From Candidatus Rokuibacteriota bacterium (GTDB taxonomy: Bacteria; Methylomirabilota; Methylomirabilia; Rokubacteriales; CSP1-6), in NCBI GenBank assembly GCA_016184305.1, contig JACPCX010000182.1:1-34392 (forward strand): a DNA stretch of 34,392 nt, written 5' to 3'. Position numbers and translations under genes: made by a program. The notes under the pieces were generated by a model. That model was not told where the DNA came from, made no database searches, and saw only the letters and a program-made list of their open reading frames with translations. Positions 1-7,458 of this stretch are shown piece by piece (positions within the stretch are counted from its first letter, which is position 1; every line of letters starts with the position of its first letter).

Positions 1-1894
1 TGGACGGCTCGGGCTTCTTTTGCGGGGGCGTCGCGACGCTGGGCGGCGCCGGCGGCTGCGGTCGGCCGACAGCGCTCTCGCGCTTGGCGGCACCCGGCTG
101 GACGGGGGCCATCGCACCAGGCGTCTCAGCAGGCTTTTGCGGAGGCGTGGCGACGCCGGGTGGTGCCGGCGGCTGCGGTCGGCCGACAGCGCTCTCGCGC
201 TTGGCGGCACCCGGCTGGACGGGGGCCATCGCACCAGGCGTCTCAGCAGGCTTTTGCGGGGGCGTCGCGACGCCGGGTGGTGCCGGTGGCTGCGGCTGTC
301 CGATAGCCTTGCCGCGCTTGGCGGCGTCCGGCTGGCCGGGGGCCATCGCCCCTGGTGCGTCAGCGGCGCGTGCAGCCGGGGTCTCCTTCTTGGGCGCTCG
401 CACGAGCCGCGGCGCCGCAATTGGCACCATCGCGGCCCCGGTGGTCGCGAGCGGCGGGCGCGTGGCCACGACCGACCGGCCAGTCATCGTCTCCGGCGGT
501 TTGATCGCGGTGCCGCTGCTCGGCGCTAGGCTGGCGGCGACGGGCTTGACGGCGAGTGCCCCGCGCACCGGCGTGAGCTGCTGAACGTCGGCATGGCTGA
601 GCCGACTCGGCCTGAGATCGGCGCGGCCGAAGCGGTCGGCGGGAACGGCGACCACAGCCGAGCTCGGTCCGGCCACATTTCGGTACACCGTGATGTTCCG
701 CACGTTGACGACCGTGGTGTTGTTGATGACGACGTTGTTGACGACGCGCGGCCCGCCCCAGCCGTCCCACGACGGGCGGCTGATGTAGCCCCTGCGGCCC
801 CACCACGGGATGATGGGCTCGCCCCAGCCGAGCGGCGCCCAGGCGAGGGGAAGCCCGAAGCTCAGGCGCACGCCGCCGCCGAGGAAGACCACAAGGGCCG
901 GGGCGTAGACCGGCCGCACGACGATGGGCCCAGGCGCCCAGCCCCAGAAGCCGCTGACGTGGACCCAGCGGCCGTAGTGATACGGCGCCCAGCCCCATGG
1001 CTCGTTGTCGAGCCAGGTCCAGCCGTAGCGCGGGTCCCAGATCCATCGCCCGGTGCTGTAGGGCACCCAGCCTGACGCGACCGCGGTCGGCACCCACACG
1101 GACCCGTAGCTCTCGACCACCCGCCAGCTTCCGTGGCGGTCGAGCTCCTCGGTCCCATAGACGTCCCGCGGGACGTAGCGTGCGCTCGGCGAGGTGACGA
1201 GCGAGTCGGTGCGCTCGTAATTCCAGCGCTCCCACTCGGTGAGCTCGGGCGCCCCGCCCGTGTCCACGCGGGGGGTGTCCGTGCCCGTGACCACCACCTG
1301 CTGGTTTGCCGCGACCGGGGTGGCGGTACCGCCCACCGGCGTCATCGTGGCCCTGCCGCCCCGGCGGATCCGGAACGCGGTGGAGTCCTGAGTCACGTCC
1401 ACGTGGTAGTAGCCCGTGCGCTCGATGGTGAACGCCGCGTTCGGCGTGTCGAGCTCGATCGTCTGCCCGGGCGCGAGCTCGCGCAGGTCGAGCCCGGCAT
1501 GCCCCGCCGTCACGCTGAATTGCACGAAGTCGGGCTCCTGGTTGTCGAGGCCGAGCTGGGTCCCTTCCGCGGCACGGACGAAGGCGCGCGCTCCGATCTG
1601 TACCTCCACGTTGCCGGTGGGGCCCGTGTAGAGAGAGTCGCCCGGAGCCAGTGGCGTATTCACTCTCGCCGGCGTCCACTCCGAGGCCCCCGGGCGCCAG
1701 AAGGAGACGTCGCCGTTGATGTAGCTGATGCGGGCGGGCGTCGCCTCCCTCGCTCGCGTCTGATAGCCCTGCTGGGGCTGGCCGGCCACGGGGGCCGGAG
1801 GCGGTGGCGGCGGGCCCTGCGCCCAGAGCGTGGGCGTCCCGGCCAGGAGCATACCTGTCGTCAGCAGCGTTGCGAGGATCCGTTTCGCGATCAT
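1..1894 (-). CDS. Exported FecR-like / DUF6600-like (Trp-Gly-rich) protein with Pro-rich repetitive C-terminal region; 3' end lies outside the window
   Basis: Translated by hand; this frame is not in the ORF track because it has no stop in the window. ATG at 1894 with GGAG upstream; signal-peptide-like MIAKRILATLLTTGMLLAGTPTLWAQ; then ARISYINGDVSFWRPGASEWTPARVNTPLAPGDSLYTG; later YGSVWVP..GWVPYSTGRWIWDPRYGWTWLDNEPWGWAPYHYGRW. Confidence 0.85.
   Translation of the reverse strand, partial: MIAKRILATLLTTGMLLAGTPTLWAQGPPPPPPAPVAGQPQQGYQTRAREATPARISYINGDVSFWRPGASEWTPARVNTPLAPGDSLYTGPTGNVEVQIGARAFVRAAEGTQLGLDNQEPDFVQFSVTAGHAGLDLRELAPGQTIELDTPNAAFTIERTGYYHVDVTQDSTAFRIRRGGRATMTPVGGTATPVAANQQVVVTGTDTPRVDTGGAPELTEWERWNYERTDSLVTSPSARYVPRDVYGTEELDRHGSWRVVESYGSVWVPTAVASGWVPYSTGRWIWDPRYGWTWLDNEPWGWAPYHYGRWVHVSGFWGWAPGPIVVRPVYAPALVVFLGGGVRLSFGLPLAWAPLGWGEPIIPWWGRRGYISRPSWDGWGGPRVVNNVVINNTTVVNVRNITVYRNVAGPSSAVVAVPADRFGRADLRPSRLSHADVQQLTPVRGALAVKPVAASLAPSSGTAIKPPETMTGRSVVATRPPLATTGAAMVPIAAPRLVRAPKKETPAARAADAPGAMAPGQPDAAKRGKAIGQPQPPAPPGVATPPQKPAETPGAMAPVQPGAAKRESAVGRPQPPAPPGVATPPQKPAETPGAMAPVQPGAAKRESAVGRPQPPAPPSVATPPQKKPEPS
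17..370 (-). repeat. Three tandem 117-nt (39-aa) in-frame repeats in the C-terminal region of the FecR-like protein
   Basis: cgcgcttggcgg recurs at 79, 196 and 313 (period 117). Unit peptide is approximately TPGAMAPVQPGAAKRESAVGRPQPPAPPGVATPPQKPAE. Confidence 0.9.
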
Positions 1895-1987
1895 AGGGAC
1901 TCCAATCCGCGCCACCAGGTACAAAGGGGTGGGCGCAAGTATGACGAAGGTGCTGGGCCAGGCATTCGGTTCGTGCCCCCGGAAGCC

Positions 1988-2077
1988 TCAGCGCTCCAGC
2001 CTGAAGCGGATGGGCGCTGCCGTCGACCGCGGTTCGACGACGGCCCCCCCGGCGGTTCGAGTCTCCCGGGTCATCAT
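1988..2077 (-). CDS. Possible 29-aa small ORF (MMTRETRTAGGAVVEPRSTAAPIRFRLER)
   Basis: Strong SD-like GGAGGTGGAG directly upstream of ATGATG; no recognisable homology. Confidence 0.3.
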   Translation of the reverse strand: MMTRETRTAGGAVVEPRSTAAPIRFRLER

Positions 2078-2321
2078 CGTCTCCACCTCCGTCTGGAACG
2101 GTGAGGTGACCACGATGTGAGCTGTTGTCAGCCCCGTCCTTCGCGCCGTCAGGGTCTCTGTCCGGGTCCCGGGAGCGCGCGCGCCTCCCGGCCCCGCAAC
2201 CGCTCCATGAGCTGAGGGAAGGAGGAGGTCCGGATGATGGAGTTGAGATGACGCAGCGAGAGTCCGTGAAGCCGGGGCGAGAACGAAGCGAGCGAAGGCA
2301 CCTGAGGCATCGTTGCACTCC

Positions 2322-2513
2322 TCACACGGGCGTGGTGTCCGCCGGCTTGACGACCTTCTGGATCGCCGCGAGCAAGGCGGACTGGTCGAACGGCTTGGCC
2401 AGGTATGCCGCGACTCCGGCGCGCTGGACGCGCTCGCGCGTCGAGGCATCGTCATGCGCGGTGATGAAGACCGGCAGCACCACGAGCCACCGGAGTCCTC
2501 GGTATGTCGACAT
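2322..2513 (-). pseudogene. C-terminal half of a response-regulator receiver (CheY-like) domain
   Basis: LPVFITAHDD..RERVQRAGVAAYLAKPFDQSALLAAI matches the receiver beta4-alpha5 region (conserved T and KP). The N-terminal acidic pocket and phospho-Asp are absent. GAGGAGG precedes ATG 2513. Confidence 0.7.
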
Positions 2514-2601
2514 GACTGCCTCCTCGCCGGCGTCGGTTCCTGGGACCCGAGACTGACGACTCGGTCCGCCGGTGGGCTTTTCGCCGCTTACCGCTGCCTG
2601 A

Positions 2602-2922
2602 TCAGCGAGCGTCGAACGGGTTACCGGCCTGGAGCCGACGTGCCTGATGTTCCGGGCGCCGAAGCCGTTCGAGCGCCTCGGCCAGCGTGTTGGCCTCGTC
2701 GATGAGCAAGCGTTGTGTCGCCGCGCTCGTGTCCGGCGCCTCGCCCACTCGACTCGGATCCATCTGATCCGCCGGCGGGGAATGGTCCTCGAGGGCGCCG
2801 GGGAACTCCTCGAACACCAGTCCTCCACCCATGCCGCGGATCCGGTTCACCGCGTCGCTCAGCTCCCCGCGCAGCCGCTCGGCGATGCTTCCCATTGCCG
2901 TCTCCGCCCATGCGTCGCTCAT
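2602..2922 (-). pseudogene. DksA/TraR-like coiled-coil protein lacking the C4 zinc finger (truncated or degenerate)
   Basis: AGGAGG SD; DxxD tip-like PADQMD; LLIDEANTLAEALERL helix. The expected G-x-Y-G-x-C-x2-C after it is missing. Confidence 0.55.
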
Positions 2923-2955
2923 CGCGGGGTCCTCCTGGCCACTATCTTCGCCCTC

Positions 2956-3001
2956 ACACTAGCAGCCTGACCGGAGGGCCGCCTATTGGACCTTGGTCCA
3001 A
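2956..3001 (-). promoter_or_regulatory. Palindromic operator (TTGGACC-TT-GGTCCAA) plus extended -10 (TGc-TAGTGT) upstream of the DksA-like gene
   Basis: Perfect 7-bp inverted repeat at 2986-3001; -10-like hexamer at 2961-2956 on the minus strand; near-identical copy at 4016-4060. Confidence 0.6.
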
Positions 3002-3040
3002 CGAGGGCGGGCCGGGCCGCGGGTCCGCGCCCTTCACGGC

Positions 3041-3676
3041 CTACGCGGTAGAGGATCGCCCGGCCCGACAGTCCTGGAGCCGCTGGTCGACGACGTCCCA
3101 GGCGACGACGCTCCACCAGGCACCGAGGTAGTCCGGGCGTCGGTTCCTGTACTTCAGGTAGTACGCGTGCTCCCAGACATCGCAGCAGAGGAGTCCGGGC
3201 TTGCCGTGCAACAGCACGCTCTCCTGGTTGGGCAGCGACAGGATCTCGATCCGCTCCGTCGATGGGTTCATGACGAGGAAGGCCCATCCCGAGCCGAAGT
3301 GCTTCGCCGCCGCGTCGGTGAAGAGGGACTGAAAGCGCTCGAACGAGCCGGAGTCTTTCGTGATGGCGTCGGCGATCGCGCCTCTCGGCGAACCGCCTCC
3401 GGTCGGCCCGAGGACCGTCGAGAAGAACTGATGATTGACGTGGCCGCCACCGTGGTTTCGAACGGCTGTCCGGATCGCCTCCGGCACCCGGTCGAGCCGA
3501 CGGAGCAGGTCCTCGATCGGGAGATCGGCGAGGTGCGGGTACGGCTCGATCGCCTTGTTCAGGGCGTCGACGTACGTCTGGTGATGCGTGTCGTGATGAA
3601 GCTCCATCGTCTCGGCATCGATGTAGGGCTCGAGGGCATCGTAGGAGAATCGCAACGGCGGAAGCTTGTACGCCAT
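3041..3676 (-). CDS. sodA: Superoxide dismutase, Fe/Mn family (Mn-type signature)
   Basis: LPPL..SYDALEPYID..TMELHH..HHQTYV, NHGGGHVNH, FGSGW, NQE and DVWEHAYY motifs; GAGGAGG SD. Confidence 0.93.
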   Translation of the reverse strand: MAYKLPPLRFSYDALEPYIDAETMELHHDTHHQTYVDALNKAIEPYPHLADLPIEDLLRRLDRVPEAIRTAVRNHGGGHVNHQFFSTVLGPTGGGSPRGAIADAITKDSGSFERFQSLFTDAAAKHFGSGWAFLVMNPSTERIEILSLPNQESVLLHGKPGLLCCDVWEHAYYLKYRNRRPDYLGAWWSVVAWDVVDQRLQDCRAGRSSTA

Positions 3677-3677
3677 G

Positions 3678-3893
3678 TCAGAGCCTCCTCTGGCCCTCGA
3701 ACTCCACGACGATCTTGCCCTTGGCAGTCAGCCAGTCCCGAACCTTGGCCCAGGTGCTCGGCTCCCGTTCCTCCCACGCGCGCACTGCCCCGGCCGGGAC
3801 CACGATGTACCCCAGATCGGTGCCGGATGCGGCCTCGACGATTCTCGCGAGGTCGGTCCGTGATCCTCGGAGATGGGCGAGCAGGTCTTCCAT
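3678..3893 (-). CDS. Hypothetical 71-aa protein directly upstream of sod
   Basis: GGAGG SD; protein-like composition; its last codons contain the sod SD and its stop lies 1 nt before the sod ATG. Confidence 0.7.
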   Translation of the reverse strand: MEDLLAHLRGSRTDLARIVEAASGTDLGYIVVPAGAVRAWEEREPSTWAKVRDWLTAKGKIVVEFEGQRRL

Positions 3894-4015
3894 GCGATCT
3901 CGACCTCCGTGACGTCATTGATTGAATGAGGAGGGCGCCCGCAGGCGCCTGCGTCAGACCCCGCGCCACCGGGACGACGGGACGGCGAGGAACGACCCGG
4001 CCTTCACCGTCGGTC

Positions 4016-4060
4016 ACTCTAGGGCACGCGATCCCGCCCGCCTATGGGACCTTGGTCCAA
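4016..4060 (-). promoter_or_regulatory. Second copy of the palindromic operator plus -10 (TAGAGT) upstream of the hypothetical-sod unit
   Basis: ccgcctatgggaccttggtccaa (4038-4060) is 22/23 identical to 2979-3001; the spacing to the -10 hexamer is the same within 1 nt. Confidence 0.6.
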
Positions 4061-4167
4061 TACGATGGCAGGAGGCGGCCTCTCGCGCGGCGACGGGTCA
4101 CGGGCCGGCATCGCATCGGACGAGGGGGTCGGGCTGGGCGTGATGCGGCGGGCGGGAGGGGACGTCC

Positions 4168-4345
4168 CGCGCGAGGTTGCTCCGGAGCGCCAGCTGCACC
4201 GCCGACACGGGCTGCCCCGGCGCACCGACGAGCCGTTCGCCCGGGAGGTCGGCGAAGAGCGAATCTTGCAGGTCTCCCACGGTGACCCCCAGAAAGGCCG
4301 CCACCGTGGACAGGACCGTGAGTTGAGGGGCCGGTGCCCGGGCCG
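4168..4345 (-). pseudogene. Internal fragment of a DUF790 (Bax1-like nuclease) gene
   Basis: VLSTVAAFLGVTVGDLQDSLFADLPGERLV..P..VSAVQLALRSNLA resembles the DUF790 segment 'vA..LGvs..ele..LfADL..e...l...yNla'. Recognised from memory; boundaries approximate. Confidence 0.6.
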
Positions 4346-4348
4346 CCT

Positions 4349-4492
4349 TCACGAGGCGGGGAAGATCAGCATCCTGGAGGATCGGTGGCGTTCCAGCAGG
4401 GACTGCAGCGCGCGGCGCTTGGCGCGCGTGAATGCCAGAAGCCGTCGTATCTGGCGCCGCGCCGCCAGGGCGCGACGGCCCTCGGGGGTGAA
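4349..4492 (-). pseudogene. Internal fragment of an SF2 XPB/SSL2-like helicase
   Basis: EGRRALAARRQIRRLLAFTRAKRRALQSLLERHRSSRMLIF resembles the segment leading into motif IV (K...L..LL..H....vlIF) of XPB-like helicases. No Walker A or DEAH present. Confidence 0.6.
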
Positions 4493-4596
4493 TGATGAGC
4501 CCGTCATGACGGGACACCTCGGGTCCCTCCGCCAGGGTTCCCAAGGGGGACCGACGCTGCTCGGTGAGCCGTGGCTGACGGGGCGCTGGCGCTCCG

Positions 4597-5103
4597 CTAC
4601 TTCCTCGTCCGCCGGCGCGCCTTCTTCACGCGGCGGCGAGCCTTCGGCGTCCGCGACGCGGTCTCTTTCCTGCGTCGAGCGAGGAGCGTCTTGACCTGGC
4701 GCTTCCCCACCTTCCGGAGTGCCACGAGGGCTGCCCGGTTCTGCCCCTTGGGAGTCGATTCTCCCGTCTCCCAATGCGCCACGGCCGGCGCGCTCACCCC
4801 CACCAGGCGCGCCAGAGCCATCTGGCTCAGCCCCAGGCGCTTCCTCAGGCTCTGGATGAGTCGGGGCGACAGCCGGGCGGCCTTCGCTGCCTCCTCCGGC
4901 ACCGGCGGGATAAGTGGTGCAGCCTCCATCATTCGCTCCCAGCCCACGGCCAGCCGACGCAGAGTCGTCAGCGTGCCGTGGAGCTGCGCCACCTTCCGCC
5001 GGAGCCGAAAGACCTCTCGCCGGAGCGGCACGACCACCGGGCGCACTTGCCGTCGGGCACCCCGGGCGATTGCTTCCCTGATCGCGGTCTCGATCTTGGC
5101 CAC
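4597..5103 (-). CDS. XRE-family helix-turn-helix protein with N-terminal coiled coil and basic tail
   Basis: IQSLRKRLGLSQMALARLVGVSAPAVAHWETGESTP is a classic HTH_3/XRE; GTG start with GAGGAG SD. Confidence 0.88.
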   Translation of the reverse strand: MAKIETAIREAIARGARRQVRPVVVPLRREVFRLRRKVAQLHGTLTTLRRLAVGWERMMEAAPLIPPVPEEAAKAARLSPRLIQSLRKRLGLSQMALARLVGVSAPAVAHWETGESTPKGQNRAALVALRKVGKRQVKTLLARRRKETASRTPKARRRVKKARRRTRK

Positions 5104-5420
5104 GCGGTGTTCTCCTCTTCACCCATGGATCGTGGGAACGACGAAAGGGGCATGACGGAGCCCGTCACCCCTTCGCGCTGCATGCGTGCGGGCTCGATTG
5201 TACAACGTGACCGGCGGTGAGGTTCGAGTTCCTCGTGCCGAGGCCGTGTCGGATGAGTCGTTCTCCACGAGGCCGGAGCCAGAATTCTGGGGTACGGCAG
5301 GGGCCGTGATGGCCTTTGACAGGGGTCCTCACCCCGCCACTCCTTCCTTGACTGCGCTGAGCCTGCCGGCGCAGGATCTACGCAATGGGTCTGACGTGTC
5401 GCCACGGGCAGTACCTGTAA

Positions 5421-6521
5421 ATGTCCCTGCTGATCGCCCAGCCGCGGCAGCAGCTGACATTTGGGAACGGCAACGCCTTCCAGCTCGAGCTGCGGCGGCG
5501 GGTCGGGGAGTATTTCCGAGCCACGGGCCGCCGGCCGCGCGACTGCTGGCAAATGTACCTGAAGACGGCCATCCTCCTTGCCGATTTCGCCGTGCTGTAT
5601 GCGCTGCTGGTCTTCGTGGCTCAGGCGTGGTGGCAGGGTCTCCTCCTGGCTGTGCCGCTCGGCCTCTCGGCGGCCGGAATTGGCTTCAATATCCAGCACG
5701 ACGGCGGCCATCACGCCTATTCGAATCACGTGTGGGTCAACAAGCTGATGGCGATGACCCTGGAGTTGATCGGGGGAAGCTCGTATCTCTGGCACTGGAA
5801 GCACGTCGTCCTGCATCACACGTACGTCAATATCACGGGCCACGACACCGACATCGATCTCGGTCTCCTCGCCCGGCTGACCCCGCATCAACGGCGGCTC
5901 CCGTATCACCGATGGCAGCATCTGTACCTCTGGCCGCTCTACGGATTGCTGGCCATCAAGTGGCAGCTCGTGGATGACTTCCAGAAGCTCATCAGCGGTC
6001 GGATCAGCAGCCAGCCGTTCCCCCGCCCCACGGGCCGGGACCGGGCGATCTTCATCGCCGGCAAAGCGATCTTCTTCGCCGTGGCCTTCGGGATCCCGCT
6101 GCTGTTCCACTCCATCGGGGTCGTCCTGCTCTACTACGGGATCACCGGGCTCGTGGCGGGTATGGCCCTGAGTGTGGTGTTTCAGGTCGCACATTGCGTC
6201 GAAGAAGCGGAGTTTCCGCTGCCCCGGGAGGAGACCGGGTGTATCGAGCACGCGTGGGCCATCCATCAGGCGGAGACCACCGTGGACTTCGCCCGGCGGA
6301 GCCGAGTTGTCACGTGGCTCATCGGTGGCCTGAACTTCCAGATCGAGCACCATCTCTTCCCCCGCATCTGCCACGTCAATTACCCGGCGATCTCGAAACT
6401 CGTGGAAGAGACCTGTCGAGAGTTCGGGATCACGTACACGGAGCACAGGTCGTTTCCGGCAGGTCTGGCGTCACACTTCCGGTGGTTGCGGCGGATGGGG
6501 ATGCCGGACATGCGCACGTGA
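5421..6521 (+). CDS. Membrane fatty-acid desaturase (delta-6 / linoleoyl-CoA desaturase-like)
   Basis: Three His boxes HDGGH, HVVLHH and QIEHHLFP; GGLNFQIEHH motif; hydrophobic segments. Confidence 0.93.
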   Translation: MSLLIAQPRQQLTFGNGNAFQLELRRRVGEYFRATGRRPRDCWQMYLKTAILLADFAVLYALLVFVAQAWWQGLLLAVPLGLSAAGIGFNIQHDGGHHAYSNHVWVNKLMAMTLELIGGSSYLWHWKHVVLHHTYVNITGHDTDIDLGLLARLTPHQRRLPYHRWQHLYLWPLYGLLAIKWQLVDDFQKLISGRISSQPFPRPTGRDRAIFIAGKAIFFAVAFGIPLLFHSIGVVLLYYGITGLVAGMALSVVFQVAHCVEEAEFPLPREETGCIEHAWAIHQAETTVDFARRSRVVTWLIGGLNFQIEHHLFPRICHVNYPAISKLVEETCREFGITYTEHRSFPAGLASHFRWLRRMGMPDMRT

Positions 6522-6614
6522 GACATCGGGTGCACGACTGGCGAGGGGAGGTCGTGCCGCGCACCCGGCGAGAGGAGTGGTCCGATATCATCCTCGGGAA
6601 GCGCGGAAAGTAAG

Positions 6615-6643
6615 TTGTGCCGGCAGGACCGCTGTGATAGCGT
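6615..6643 (+). promoter_or_regulatory. Putative sigma70 promoter of the atp Fo cluster
   Basis: TTGTGC (6615-6620), 17 nt, then TGa-TAGCGT (6638-6643, extended -10). Confidence 0.4.
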
Positions 6644-6653
6644 TCTTTTTCAC

Positions 6654-6887
6654 ATGGGGGTCTCGGAGCCTTCCCCCTGGCGTACTCTCGGCATGCTCGC
6701 GACCGTCGGGATCACCTTCGTGGTCTCCACCGCGGGAGCCACGGTGGGAGGGTACTTTCTCGATCGGTGGCTCGGGACAAGCCCGTGGCTCACGCTGATC
6801 GGCATGGGTGTGGGAATCGCCGCTGGGTTCCGCGATCTCTTCCGTTCGATCAAGCAGGCTGAAAAGCAGGAGCGCGATGGACCGTGA
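6654..6887 (+). CDS. atpZ: AtpZ/AtpI-family (gene 1) small membrane protein
   Basis: GYFLDRWLGTSPWLTLIG..GIAAGFR signature; first gene of the Fo cluster. Confidence 0.85.
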   Translation: MGVSEPSPWRTLGMLATVGITFVVSTAGATVGGYFLDRWLGTSPWLTLIGMGVGIAAGFRDLFRSIKQAEKQERDGP

Positions 6888-7242
6888 TGTGGTGACGCGC
6901 GTGAGCCGCACGGCGCTCGGTATCTCCGTGCTGGCGGCCGCGGGCGGGGGGCTTGTCGCGGGGTTTCCCGGCGCGCTCGGGGTCCTTGCCGGCGCCCTCA
7001 TCTCCGTCGCCAGCTTTCGCTGGCTGGCGTGGGGCGCCGAGCGCGCGGGGGCCCTGTTCGCTGGCGGACGCGCCCACCCGCTCTGGGTCCTGGGCCTCGG
7101 CCTGCGCTACCTCGTCCTGTTCGGGCTCATCGTCTTGCTGCTCCGGGCCGGGCTCCATCCCGTGGCCCTCATGGCGGGCCTCGCGGTGCTCCCGCCGATC
7201 CTGATCGCTCACGGCTGGCACAGCGCCCGGGCGGCTCTCTAG
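6877..7242 (+). CDS. atpI: ATP synthase protein I
   Basis: Four hydrophobic segments with an LRY motif; AGGAG SD; lies between atpZ and atpB. Confidence 0.8.
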   Translation: MDRDVVTRVSRTALGISVLAAAGGGLVAGFPGALGVLAGALISVASFRWLAWGAERAGALFAGGRAHPLWVLGLGLRYLVLFGLIVLLLRAGLHPVALMAGLAVLPPILIAHGWHSARAAL

Positions 7243-7450
7243 CCCGATGTTGAAAAACCCGCAGGCCGCTCAAACAGGTCCAGATGCGAGGCGGCGCCCG
7301 ACGGCCGCACGCGAGGCGTACTCCGCTTGGCGAGCTGAGCCGGAGGCGAGGCGAGCATATCCGGAGATCCGGCGAGCGCAAGCGAGCCACGTTGAGCGTG
7401 CGGCCGAGGGCGCCAACGAAGCAGATGGGCCGTTTTCACCGGCCTGCTAG
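7239..7450. mobile_element. Non-autonomous palindromic (MITE/REP-like) element flanked by CTAG
   Basis: CTAG at 7239-7242 and 7447-7450; imperfect 27-nt inverted repeats (7261-7287 vs 7421-7447, about 20/27); inner perfect arms cggccgcacgc/gcgtgcggccg and ggcgccc/gggcgcc; no transposase. Confidence 0.7.
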
Positions 7451-7458
7451 AGGACTCC

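Noticed and set aside
360..2318. 652-aa minus-strand ORF from the track
   Set aside because: Arg/Gly/Pro-rich shadow frame overlapping the true FecR-like frame.
3940..3953. Perfect 14-bp palindrome CGCAGGCGCCTGCG in the sod-unit leader
   Set aside because: Single GC-rich occurrence with no supporting context.
6633..6654. TGTGA...TCACA upstream of atpZ as a Rex or CRP box
   Set aside because: The half-sites are 12 nt apart, longer than in canonical Rex or CRP boxes.
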